Shown in pieces: positions 8,432 through 16,691 of a stretch of 64,000 nucleotides of DNA; position 1 is the stretch's first letter, and every line of letters starts with the position of its first letter. Origin of the DNA: Clostridia bacterium (GTDB taxonomy: Bacteria > Bacillota > Clostridia > Christensenellales > UBA1242); the NCBI GenBank assembly GCA_900767715.1, contig CAAGAD010000005.1, positions 151,632-215,631 on the forward strand, read 5' to 3'. Position numbers and translations under genes: made by a program. The notes under the pieces were generated by a model that saw only the letters and a list, made by a program, of their open reading frames with translations, was not told the DNA's origin and ran no database searches.

Positions 8432-10905
8432 TGTACAATCTTACAGATTTGGCGCAAGTCGCAATAAAGAATGCCACAATCGTTGCCAGCAAGCAAGGCT
8501 ACATAGTCGGCACAGAGCACATTTTGTATGGGCTTGCGAGTGTGAGCGAGAGCAAAGCCAGTAAATTGCTGTCAAGTTTCGGCGTAAAGGAAGAAGAGTT
8601 GTATGACATTCTAATGTCGAACCAAGAGAGTATGCAGATTTCCAATTCTCTCGAATACACTCCCCGCACCAAAAAACTATTTGCCATCGCAGATATGATT
8701 GCAAAGAAAATGCGCCAGTCATTCATCAGCACCGAGCATATGCTTTTGGCACTTTTGTCGCAGAACGACAGCGTGGCAATCAAGATTTTGGCAGGCATTT
8801 ACAAACTTAACGTGTTTGAAATGCGTAACAAACTTGTCCGCATTCTTGCCAACAGTCCAACCGCGGAGAATAGTCAAAACAATGAAGTCAATTTTGACGG
8901 TTTTGAGCAGGTCGGCAATGTGAAAAATCGCCAGTACGACCCAGAGCCATCAACACAAACCGAGAGCAGTTTGCCAAAAGAACTTTTAGATATGGGCAGT
9001 GACGTCACTCTGCGCGCACGCCTTGGCAAAATCGACCCAATCATCGGGCGCGAAAACGAAATTGAGCGCGTGATTGAGATTTTGTGTCGTAAGACCAAAA
9101 ATAACCCAGTGCTAATAGGCGAAGCGGGTGTCGGCAAGTCGGCAATTGTCGAAGGCTTGGCATTGAAAATCGTCAAAAATGATGTTCCACAGATTTTGCG
9201 TGGCAAGACAATCTACTCGCTTGACATCGGCGGGCTAATGGCGGGCACGAAATATCGTGGCACAATGGAAGAGAAACTCAAAAATGCCATTGAAACCATT
9301 ATTAATGATAAAAATATTATCGTCTTTATTGACGAAATCCACACGCTTGCAATGGCGGGCAGTGACAAGGGCGATGTGAACCCAGCAGATATGCTCAAAC
9401 CATATCTCGCACGCGGAGAAATGCAAACAATCGGCGCAACAACCACGGACGAATATCGCAAATATATTGAGAAGGACAAAGCGCTTGAACGCCGTTTCCA
9501 ACCAATTATGGTTAATCCGCCATCGGTTGAAGATACCATTACCATTTTGAAGGGTTTGCGCGATAGTTACGAAGCCTTTCACAATGTGAAAATCAGTGAC
9601 GAAGCGATTGTTTCTGCGGTTAAACTTAGTGACAAATACATTCTCGACAGAAGTTTACCGGACAAGGCAATTGACCTTATAGACGAGGCGTCCAGCCGAG
9701 CCAAAGTGATGAATAATTACGACAGCAAAGACGCGGTCGAGATTGAGAAACGTTTACAAACTTTGGAAGCCAACAAACAAGACGCCATCGTGCAAGAAGA
9801 TTTTGAAAAGGCGACCCGACTTCGCGACGAACTCAGCCAAGCAAAGCAAGAACTTTTAGCCTTACGCAATCAAAATAGACCTAATGAGCGCAACGAAATC
9901 ATAATTGACGAGAACGCCATTGCGGAAGTGGTGAGCAAGTGGACGCAAATTCCACTCACCAAACTCACCGAAACCGAAAGCGAACGCCTTTTGAATCTCG
10001 AAAGCAAGTTGTCCTCGCGTGTCATAGGTCAGGACGAAGCCATTACGCAGATTGCACGTGCCATTCGCCGTAGTCGTATGGGCATTCGCGATGACCGTCG
10101 TCCAATCGGCAGTTTCTTGTTCTTGGGTAGCACGGGCGTGGGCAAAACCGAACTTTGCAAAGCCCTTGCCGACGCACTCTATGACAACGAAAACCAAATG
10201 ATTCGTCTAGATATGAGCGAATTTATGGAACCACACTCTGTTTCCAAACTCATTGGCGCACCACCGGGATATGTCGGCTTTGACGATGGCGGTCAACTCA
10301 CCGAGCAAGTCCGCCGTAAACCTTATAGCATTGTGTTGTTCGATGAGATTGAAAAGGCGCACCCCGACGTGCTCAACATCTTGCTCCAAATTCTCGACGA
10401 CGGCAGACTCACCGATACGCAAGGCAGAACGGTAAGTTTTCAAAATTGTGTTATAATCTTGACCAGCAACATAGGCAGTGATAAACTTTCAAGCAAGCGC
10501 ATTGATTTTGGTTTCAACCAGAACAGCGAAACCAGTCGCAACGAAGCCATTATGGACGAGTTGAAGCGAAAATTTAGACCAGAATTCATAAATCGCCTTG
10601 ACAACATCATCATATTCAACAAATTGACTAAGGAAAATATGGTACAAATCACCAAAAATATGCTTATCAAAGTGTCTAAGTCGCTTAAAGAACGCAATAT
10701 CAATTTGCGCTTGACAGATAAGGCGGTTGACTATCTGGTCGAAAAGGGTAGCAATGAAGAATACGGCGCACGTCCAATGCGTCGCCTAATTACAACCGAG
10801 ATTGAAGATGAACTTGCAGATATGATGCTTCGCGGTGATCTTTTGGACAAAACGGAAGTGTTGATTGATTGCGTCAACAAAAAATTAGTTTTTAACACAA
10901 AATAA
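8431..10905 (+). CDS. clpC: ATP-dependent Clp protease ATP-binding subunit ClpC
   Basis: Clp_N repeats, two AAA+ modules (GEAGVGKSAIVEG; GSTGVGKTELCKA) and a UVR-like linker (EDFEKATRLRDE). 824 aa. Confidence 0.93.
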   Translation: MYNLTDLAQVAIKNATIVASKQGYIVGTEHILYGLASVSESKASKLLSSFGVKEEELYDILMSNQESMQISNSLEYTPRTKKLFAIADMIAKKMRQSFISTEHMLLALLSQNDSVAIKILAGIYKLNVFEMRNKLVRILANSPTAENSQNNEVNFDGFEQVGNVKNRQYDPEPSTQTESSLPKELLDMGSDVTLRARLGKIDPIIGRENEIERVIEILCRKTKNNPVLIGEAGVGKSAIVEGLALKIVKNDVPQILRGKTIYSLDIGGLMAGTKYRGTMEEKLKNAIETIINDKNIIVFIDEIHTLAMAGSDKGDVNPADMLKPYLARGEMQTIGATTTDEYRKYIEKDKALERRFQPIMVNPPSVEDTITILKGLRDSYEAFHNVKISDEAIVSAVKLSDKYILDRSLPDKAIDLIDEASSRAKVMNNYDSKDAVEIEKRLQTLEANKQDAIVQEDFEKATRLRDELSQAKQELLALRNQNRPNERNEIIIDENAIAEVVSKWTQIPLTKLTETESERLLNLESKLSSRVIGQDEAITQIARAIRRSRMGIRDDRRPIGSFLFLGSTGVGKTELCKALADALYDNENQMIRLDMSEFMEPHSVSKLIGAPPGYVGFDDGGQLTEQVRRKPYSIVLFDEIEKAHPDVLNILLQILDDGRLTDTQGRTVSFQNCVIILTSNIGSDKLSSKRIDFGFNQNSETSRNEAIMDELKRKFRPEFINRLDNIIIFNKLTKENMVQITKNMLIKVSKSLKERNINLRLTDKAVDYLVEKGSNEEYGARPMRRLITTEIEDELADMMLRGDLLDKTEVLIDCVNKKLVFNTK

Positions 10906-10907
10906 AA

Positions 10908-10936
10908 TTGACAACATAAAAAATTTAATGTAATAT
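10908..10936 (+). promoter_or_regulatory. Sigma-A promoter for the 95-aa ORF (and possibly gpsA)
   Basis: TTGACA(10908-10913), 17 nt, TAATAT(10931-10936). SD AAAGGAG lies ahead of ATG 10963. Confidence 0.55.
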
Positions 10937-10962
10937 GAAATTACAAATTAAAGGAGAACATT

Positions 10963-11250
10963 ATGAATAGTCCAGAAAAATTAATGGAAAAATTTACTAA
11001 ACTCGGTTGCGAAAACGTTGCTGTTGCTTACAAAGTAACTAGTGGCAAGAAGGAAGATATGATTGTCGCTACCGTATCTTGCATTTATCACGGCAAGAAT
11101 ATGTCTGTGAAGGGCGAAGGCAAGAACAATTACGTTGCAGCATCAACCGCTTTTGATGTTCTTAGAGGTAAAATCGCAGAAGTTAAAGGCAAAAACAGTC
11201 CAAAAGGCAGACGTAAACCAAACGTTCCAGAGGAAACTAACGAACTTTAA
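10963..11250 (+). CDS. Hypothetical small protein (95 aa) with basic C-terminal tail
   Basis: Strong SD and its own promoter. No family recognised. The tail is KGKNSPKGRRKPNVPEE. Confidence 0.55.
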   Translation: MNSPEKLMEKFTKLGCENVAVAYKVTSGKKEDMIVATVSCIYHGKNMSVKGEGKNNYVAASTAFDVLRGKIAEVKGKNSPKGRRKPNVPEETNEL

Positions 11251-11263
11251 TATTTGATAGACA

Positions 11264-12295
11264 ATGAACATAACAATATTAGGCTCGGGAAGATGGGCAT
11301 CGACTATTGCTTGGCTTTGCGCCCAAAACGGCAACAAATTGCTAATTTGGGAGCGTAAGTTTGTAGAAAGACCCGAAAGTGAATTTTTCAAGACTAAGCG
11401 CAACGAATATGTCGATTTAATCGACGCCGACCTTGAATTTACTCACGACCTTGGCAGAGCGTTAAATTTTGGCGAGTATGTGATTATTTCCATATTGAGC
11501 CAGAATGTCAACGAACTTATGCAAGAAGTCAAGCGCATTCCCGACTACGAAAATAAAAAATACGTCCTTGCAATGAAGGGCGTGGAGCAGAATACTGGCA
11601 GAACATTGAGCGAAATTTTGCGCGACAATGGTGTACACAAGCAAAATATTTGTGTAATAGCCGGGCCAGGTCACCCACAGTCGATTGTCAAGGGAAAGAA
11701 CACGCATATGGTGGTTGCCGGCTATGATTCGGCGCTTGCCAATCGTTTGATTGGAGCGTTGAACAACCCAAACTACACGCTTTATCCAATGCACGATGTG
11801 AAAGGAGTTGAACTCTGTGGTGCTGCCAAGAATGTGTACGGCGGTTTGGCGGGTATGTGCGTGGGCTCAAACAACGACACTCTTCGTGGCTCGCTGATGT
11901 GTGCCAGCCTTGCAGAAATGGAAAGTTATCTCGAAGCAATGCAATGTATGCCAAAGACGGCACGACGCTTACCACTTTTGGGCGACTATGACGCAACAAT
12001 GTATGACTTGAATAGCCATAACCTTAATTATGGCATAGAGATTGTCAAACAAAACACCAAAGACCCAAAACTACCCTTTGTGTCAATAGAAGGTAGGCAA
12101 GCGGTTAGTGGCTTGCTTGAACGTATGAAAAGGTACAACAACCAAGTCAGCGACACAATGCAGTTGCAAGCACACTTGCTCGAAACTTATAAGGCAATCA
12201 TTGACGGGACAATTACGCCTGCCAATGCAATCATTGCCATTAAACAAGCAATCGGCAAGGTTTATGCCAGCGACAACTTATATAACAAATATTAG
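11264..12295 (+). CDS. gpsA: NAD(P)H-dependent glycerol-3-phosphate dehydrogenase
   Basis: N-terminal Rossmann motif ITILGSGRWAS, GAAKNVYGGLAG motif, 343 aa. No SD. TAATAT lies 10 nt upstream of the ATG. Confidence 0.88.
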   Translation: MNITILGSGRWASTIAWLCAQNGNKLLIWERKFVERPESEFFKTKRNEYVDLIDADLEFTHDLGRALNFGEYVIISILSQNVNELMQEVKRIPDYENKKYVLAMKGVEQNTGRTLSEILRDNGVHKQNICVIAGPGHPQSIVKGKNTHMVVAGYDSALANRLIGALNNPNYTLYPMHDVKGVELCGAAKNVYGGLAGMCVGSNNDTLRGSLMCASLAEMESYLEAMQCMPKTARRLPLLGDYDATMYDLNSHNLNYGIEIVKQNTKDPKLPFVSIEGRQAVSGLLERMKRYNNQVSDTMQLQAHLLETYKAIIDGTITPANAIIAIKQAIGKVYASDNLYNKY

Positions 12296-12297
12296 TC

Positions 12298-12329
12298 AAA
12301 AAAATACACATTCGTATGTGTATTTTTTT
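12298..12329. terminator. Bidirectional terminator between gpsA and the convergent ABC-like gene
   Basis: Perfect 10-bp stem AAATACACAT-tcgt-ATGTGTATTT flanked by an A-run and a T-run. Confidence 0.8.
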
Positions 12330-12927
12330 ATTCCACATTCTTGATTGAGCCGTTTTGCATATAGATAGTTTTTGTTGTGGCGAAATCCACTTTTTGATTG
12401 CACGCAAGCAAGCATATTTGGCAGTTTGCGATAAGGTCGTCAAGGATTTTTTTGGATTGTTCGTTTGGCATATATTCCACTAACAATAAGTCCACTTTTC
12501 TAACGCAAAGACGCAATAGTGACAAAATGTATTTTTCTTCACTAGTCAAATTGCACGCCAATTTGTCTGCGAGAATATTTAAGCCGTATTTGTCTAACAC
12601 TTTAAGCGCGATTTTTTCGCTTTCGTTTTCGTCAAGGTGACGAATTATGTTGGGGTAGCAGAGATTGTACAACACGCTTTTGTTTTCAAACAGTGTCGCC
12701 ACTTTTGGTGCATACCCGATAAGGTGATGGTCTATTTCTGTTTTGATTTTGCCAGAATAGAATCTATCAATGCCAGCCACCGCACGCAAAACAAACGCGT
12801 TCCCAGACGTTTCGTCGCCGACAAGTTGAAGTTTGTCGCCACAATTTAGTTCCGCGCAAAAGTTATACAGCGAATAATACTGTTTGACGTATTTGATAGA
12901 TAAATTCTCAATCTTTAACACCTTCAC
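12328..12927 (-). CDS. ABC-ATPase-like protein with degenerate catalytic motifs
   Basis: ABC fold-like order (ENLSIKY..., Q-loop region, signature, Walker B). Walker A reads GDETSGNA with no Lys. The signature reads LTSEEK instead of LSGGQ. Walker B reads LLLVEY. The GTG start is uncertain. No permease partner is adjacent. Confidence 0.5.
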   Translation of the reverse strand: MKVLKIENLSIKYVKQYYSLYNFCAELNCGDKLQLVGDETSGNAFVLRAVAGIDRFYSGKIKTEIDHHLIGYAPKVATLFENKSVLYNLCYPNIIRHLDENESEKIALKVLDKYGLNILADKLACNLTSEEKYILSLLRLCVRKVDLLLVEYMPNEQSKKILDDLIANCQICLLACNQKVDFATTKTIYMQNGSIKNVE

Positions 12928-12957
12928 ATTTTAACATATATTACTGTTTAGCGCAAA

Positions 12958-13242
12958 TCATTTTTTGTTTAAAGTGTCCATTATGTTATGTAGCATATTT
13001 TTTTGATCATTGTTGAGATATGGCATGAGCGTGTCGGTCATCTTTTGCATATTTTGTTCGTCCCACCTGCCTTGGCTCTTCATTGCTTGCGTTTGGCGCA
13101 AAAGTTCTGTCATCAATTCTTGCTGGCTCAAATCTTTATATTTGTTGATAGTCTGTTCATAGTCTTGCGTCGTTTGCTCCGCGCTAGGCTTTGGTTCGTT
13201 CTTTGGTGGGGTATAATTATTTGAAAATGTCTTGAAATCCAT
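12958..13242 (-). CDS. Hypothetical 94-aa helical protein
   Basis: SD GAAGGTG lies 6 nt upstream. Q/M/N-rich helical sequence with no family recognised. Upstream of and co-oriented with the ABC-like gene. Confidence 0.55.
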   Translation of the reverse strand: MDFKTFSNNYTPPKNEPKPSAEQTTQDYEQTINKYKDLSQQELMTELLRQTQAMKSQGRWDEQNMQKMTDTLMPYLNNDQKNMLHNIMDTLNKK

Positions 13243-13260
13243 AAATCACCTTCACTAATA

Positions 13261-13287
13261 AATGTATGCTTGCATATAAATAAGTGT
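13261..13287 (-). promoter_or_regulatory. Candidate mother-cell (sigma-K/E-like) promoter for the 94-aa gene
   Basis: The minus strand reads AC, 17 nt, CATACATT, then 18 nt to the ATG. CATACA-T is the sigma-E/K-type -10 core. No good sigma-E -35 is present. Confidence 0.25.
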
Positions 13288-13302
13288 GTAAAGGGGTGAA
13301 TT

Positions 13303-13800
13303 ATGGACATTGCGACACTTTTGCCGTTGATAAATATGCTCAATCAAGCGAACAATAGTCAACCAGTTAACGCAAAACCCACCGAACAACCACTCGTAAT
13401 GTCGCAAGCAGATAAGGACTTCGTAAAGAAAAACACATCAATGTTTCCGGCGTCCTTTGTTCCGCCAAAAGACTTTCCGCGTGCGCAAACTAGCCAACAA
13501 CCACAGCCCGCTGACACGCTAAACCAAGCCGAGCCAGTAAGCGTCCAGCCCGCACCAAAGCAGAGCGCTCCAAATATGGACTTGAACGCACTTTTGCCCC
13601 TGATTAACAATATGGCTGGCAACGGCGTCAACACCGAACAGATTACCAAACTTATGTCTGGGTTTAACGGCTCGGGTGATATTGGCGGACTCATAAATTT
13701 GGTGTCATCAATTAGTCAAAGCAAACTCAAAAACAATAAGCCAAAACCTAACAAACAGATTATCAACAATCGCAATCAAGATATAATTTTTACAGACTAA
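13303..13800 (+). CDS. Hypothetical P/Q/N-rich protein with duplicated MD..LLPLIN motif
   Basis: SD AAGGGGTG. MDIATLLPLINML occurs at the N-terminus and MDLNALLPLINNM mid-protein. The linker is low-complexity. Confidence 0.5.
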   Translation: MDIATLLPLINMLNQANNSQPVNAKPTEQPLVMSQADKDFVKKNTSMFPASFVPPKDFPRAQTSQQPQPADTLNQAEPVSVQPAPKQSAPNMDLNALLPLINNMAGNGVNTEQITKLMSGFNGSGDIGGLINLVSSISQSKLKNNKPKPNKQIINNRNQDIIFTD

Positions 13801-13827
13801 AAAAAAGAACAAAATTGTTCTTTTTTA
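13801..13827. terminator. Bidirectional terminator between the 165-aa ORF and yhbY
   Basis: AAAGAAC-loop-GTTCTTT hairpin flanked by an A-run and a T-run. Confidence 0.6.
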
Positions 13828-13830
13828 GTT

Positions 13831-14121
13831 TTATAAAACGTGTTTAATATTTTTCTTATCGCTTAATTTGTAGAATATAATTTTTTTGCCGATTGTGCAT
13901 ACCACGTCTGCACCGAGTTTCGTTGCAATGGCACACAATTCGTCGTCATTTGGCATCGCAATCGATTGCAAAAGGCTAACTTTCACTAACTCGTGGTTGT
14001 AAAGCGCTTCACTTATTGCGCCGATTGTATTTTCGCCGAAGCCGTCCTTACCGACATTGACAACGGGCTTCAACGTGCTTGCCAAACTGCGAAGTTTGAT
14101 TCTATCTTTTTTATTTAACAT
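13831..14121 (-). CDS. yhbY: RNA-binding protein YhbY (CRM domain)
   Basis: The segment KDRIKLRSLASTLKPVVNVGKDG matches the YhbY family. Located downstream of obg, as is common in Bacillota. Confidence 0.85.
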   Translation of the reverse strand: MLNKKDRIKLRSLASTLKPVVNVGKDGFGENTIGAISEALYNHELVKVSLLQSIAMPNDDELCAIATKLGADVVCTIGKKIIFYKLSDKKNIKHVL

Positions 14122-14131
14122 AACTTTCTCC

Positions 14132-15400
14132 TTAATCTACCATTTCGAATTGTTGGTCACCGAACAATACCGTGTCGCCCTCAACAGCGCCTTTTTCCTT
14201 TAACATATCAAAGATACCTTTTTCTTTGATTTTTGACATAAAGTAGCCAAGCGATGCCGTGTCAGTGAACACGATTCCGCGTTGCAATTCGTCAATGTAT
14301 CCACCGCTCACGCGATAGGTATGCGGTGCGACCATTTCAATGTCGATGCTGGTCACATCTCTTACATCGATTCGCTCAATCTCTGGCTTGATTGGCTCTG
14401 GCACTAGCAAATTTTTTAACTCGTTCCAAGTGGTTTTCAAGAGTTCGTCCACGCCTTGATTAATTATTGCACAGATTGGAACAATAGGGAACTTTGTCTT
14501 TGTTTTGGTCTTGAAAGATTTTACGCGCTCGTCCAAATCGTCAACCATATCAATTTTTGTAAGAGCGATAATCTGTGGCAGTGTTGCTAGGCGCGCATTA
14601 AACTTTTTCAGTTCATCGTTAACGACTTTATAGTCAGCCACTGGGTCATTGCCGTTCACTCCGCTGATATCCACAACGTGAATGAGTAGGCGAGTGCGCT
14701 CAATGTGTGACAAGAAGTCGTGACCAAGTCCAACGCCTTCGCTCGCGCCTTCAATAAGCCCCGGAATGTCCGCCACAACAAAACTATTGTCGTAATATTT
14801 CGCAATGCCGATATTTGGTGTGAGTGTGGTAAACTCGTAATTCGCTATTTTAGGTTTTGCACTAGTGATGATTGATAGTATTGTGCTTTTGCCAACGTTT
14901 GGTTTACCGATGAGTGCGACATCTGCAATCATTTTGAGTTCAAGTTGCACTTGATAAGGCTTGCATACTTCGCCTAGTTGTGAGAATTGTGGTGCTTGAC
15001 GTGTAGGCGTTTTGAAAAACGCGTTACCGCGTCCACCGCGACCGCCTTGCAAGATTACCGCGCGTTCGCCGTCGGCATACATATCTGCCACAACCTTACC
15101 GGTATCGACATCGCGAATAACTGTGCCACAAGGTACTTCAATGACGATGTCTTGACCGTCCTTGCCGTTGCGAAGTCCGCCATCACCATTCTCACCATTT
15201 TCTGCCACAAATTTACGCTTGTATTGAAAATCTATGAGAGTGTTCTTGTTTCGACTAGCCAGGAAAATAACACTGCCACCTTTACCGCCATCGCCACCCG
15301 ATGGACCGCCATTTGCGACATATTTTTCTCTGCGCCAACGTACGACGCCGTCACCGCCGTTACCCGCTTTAATTGTAATTTTAACTTTATCTATGCTCAT
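14132..15400 (-). CDS. obg: GTPase Obg/CgtA
   Basis: Glycine-rich Obg fold (GGDGGKGG, GGRGGRGN), G1 GKPNVGKST, and a C-terminal OCT-like domain. Confidence 0.95.
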   Translation of the reverse strand: MSIDKVKITIKAGNGGDGVVRWRREKYVANGGPSGGDGGKGGSVIFLASRNKNTLIDFQYKRKFVAENGENGDGGLRNGKDGQDIVIEVPCGTVIRDVDTGKVVADMYADGERAVILQGGRGGRGNAFFKTPTRQAPQFSQLGEVCKPYQVQLELKMIADVALIGKPNVGKSTILSIITSAKPKIANYEFTTLTPNIGIAKYYDNSFVVADIPGLIEGASEGVGLGHDFLSHIERTRLLIHVVDISGVNGNDPVADYKVVNDELKKFNARLATLPQIIALTKIDMVDDLDERVKSFKTKTKTKFPIVPICAIINQGVDELLKTTWNELKNLLVPEPIKPEIERIDVRDVTSIDIEMVAPHTYRVSGGYIDELQRGIVFTDTASLGYFMSKIKEKGIFDMLKEKGAVEGDTVLFGDQQFEMVD

Positions 15401-16025
15401 ACTTATCCTTATAATATTTACAATAATTTTGCATCTTACACTCTTCGCATTTTGGTTTCTTGCTAATGCAATGATATCTGCCGAAGAGAATCAAACGCAA
15501 GTGAAGTTTGTCCAAACAATCTTTGTCAAATACTTCATAAATTTTTCGCTCCACTTCCAAAGGTGAATCTTTTTCATCGCTAATGCCCAATCGGTCGCAT
15601 ACGCGATGAACATGAGTGTCAACCGCCACAACAGGTAGCCCGAAGCACTCGTTTAAAACTACGTTTGCAGTCTTTCGTCCAACCCCGCGCAAAGTTTGTA
15701 AAACGTCGCGGTCAGTAGGCATTTCGCCATTGTACTTTTCCACGATTTCGCGCGAGCATTCCTTAATGGCTTTTGCTTTGGAATTGTAGAACCCACACGA
15801 GTGAATAATATCTTTCAAAACTTGCTCATCAAGGGCAGTCATTTTGTCCGGAGTGGGTGCTATGGCAAAAAGTTTTGGCGTCACCATATTGACGCGCTTG
15901 TCCGTGCATTGCGCAGACAAAATTGTGGCAATTAAAAGTTGGTAGGGTGTTTCATAATTTAGTTCACATCTAGCCACGGGAAACATCTCTTCCAAATACG
16001 TTAACAATTCTTTTTGTTTTTCCAT
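15387..16025 (-). CDS. nth: Endonuclease III
   Basis: LLIATILSAQCTD, HhH-GPD LRGVGRKTANVV, and a C-terminal Cys cluster CISKKPKCEECKMQNYC. It overlaps the obg start by 14 nt. The track start at 16043 is GTG inside the promoter. Confidence 0.9.
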   Translation of the reverse strand: MEKQKELLTYLEEMFPVARCELNYETPYQLLIATILSAQCTDKRVNMVTPKLFAIAPTPDKMTALDEQVLKDIIHSCGFYNSKAKAIKECSREIVEKYNGEMPTDRDVLQTLRGVGRKTANVVLNECFGLPVVAVDTHVHRVCDRLGISDEKDSPLEVERKIYEVFDKDCLDKLHLRLILFGRYHCISKKPKCEECKMQNYCKYYKDKYEHR

Positions 16026-16060
16026 AAGTTTATTATAACACACAAGAGAATCATTTTCAA
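16026..16060 (-). promoter_or_regulatory. Sigma-A promoter abutting the nth start codon (leaderless candidate)
   Basis: Minus strand: TTGAAA(16060-16055), 17 nt, TATAAT(16037-16032), 6 nt, ATG(16025). No SD. Confidence 0.5.
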
Positions 16061-16359
16061 TGATTTGTAAAAATTTGTTTACAATTAATTTTATTTAAAT
16101 ACTATCTATACATTAAAAAAATGTATTTAAAAATTATTTAGTATTATAAAAAAATAAATAAATTTAATTAGGAATAAATAATTATTTAATTTATAAATTT
16201 TTTACAATTAAATAAAATTAATATTAATTTAATTAAAAATATATAAAATTATTGGTAAAATATATTGTTTTTTAAATTAATTTAAATATTTTAACCAAAT
16301 AATCATTAATTTTCAAATTAATAAATAAACGAATATTTAAACAATTAATTTATTAATTA
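16061..16359. other. Extremely AT-rich intergenic tract (about 7% G+C by hand count)
   Basis: About 300 bp of almost pure A/T lie between the DUF3343 gene stop and the nth promoter. It contains TACATtaaaaaaATGTA and TCATTttcAATGA palindromes. ACAATTAA(T/A) recurs at about 16081, 16204 and 16341. Confidence 0.9.
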
Positions 16360-16623
16360 TTAAAATATTCTACGAATAACATCTCGCTGACCATAGTTGG
16401 AATCAATCACATACATACCGTTAAAGCCGGACATATTTCTTCTGGACAAAATTGATTGCGCAGTGTAAACGTCATTCGGGTTTATCATCACAGCCAGACT
16501 GCAACTAGACACAATGCTTTTTGGTGCGTTTACCATTGATGAATACACACCATAACTTTGCAAAATACTTCTAAAATTCATTAGTTCATTTCTCGACCTA
16601 AAAAGCATATAGGCGTTTCTCAT
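16360..16623 (-). CDS. DUF3343-like small protein (putative S/Se carrier-like)
   Basis: 87 aa. The pattern MLFRSRNELMNFRSILQSYGV...VNAPKSIVSSCSLAV resembles DUF3343 (F.s...A...e..L...gi....P.P..i...CG.ai). It is divergent from a cysteine desulfurase. Confidence 0.55.
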   Translation of the reverse strand: MRNAYMLFRSRNELMNFRSILQSYGVYSSMVNAPKSIVSSCSLAVMINPNDVYTAQSILSRRNMSGFNGMYVIDSNYGQRDVIRRIF

Positions 16624-16691
16624 AATATACCTCTCACAAAAAGCGTTTGTTCATAATACATAATATATAGAAAGGTATAAAATGGTGAATA

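Noticed and set aside
16061-16359. Replication origin (oriC) or dif site in the AT-rich tract
   Set aside because: I found no DnaA boxes (TTATCCACA or close variants), no dnaA/dnaN context, and no match to the Firmicute dif pattern (ACTTCCTAGAA-N6-TTATGTAAACT). A DUE-like role without initiator boxes cannot be supported from sequence alone.
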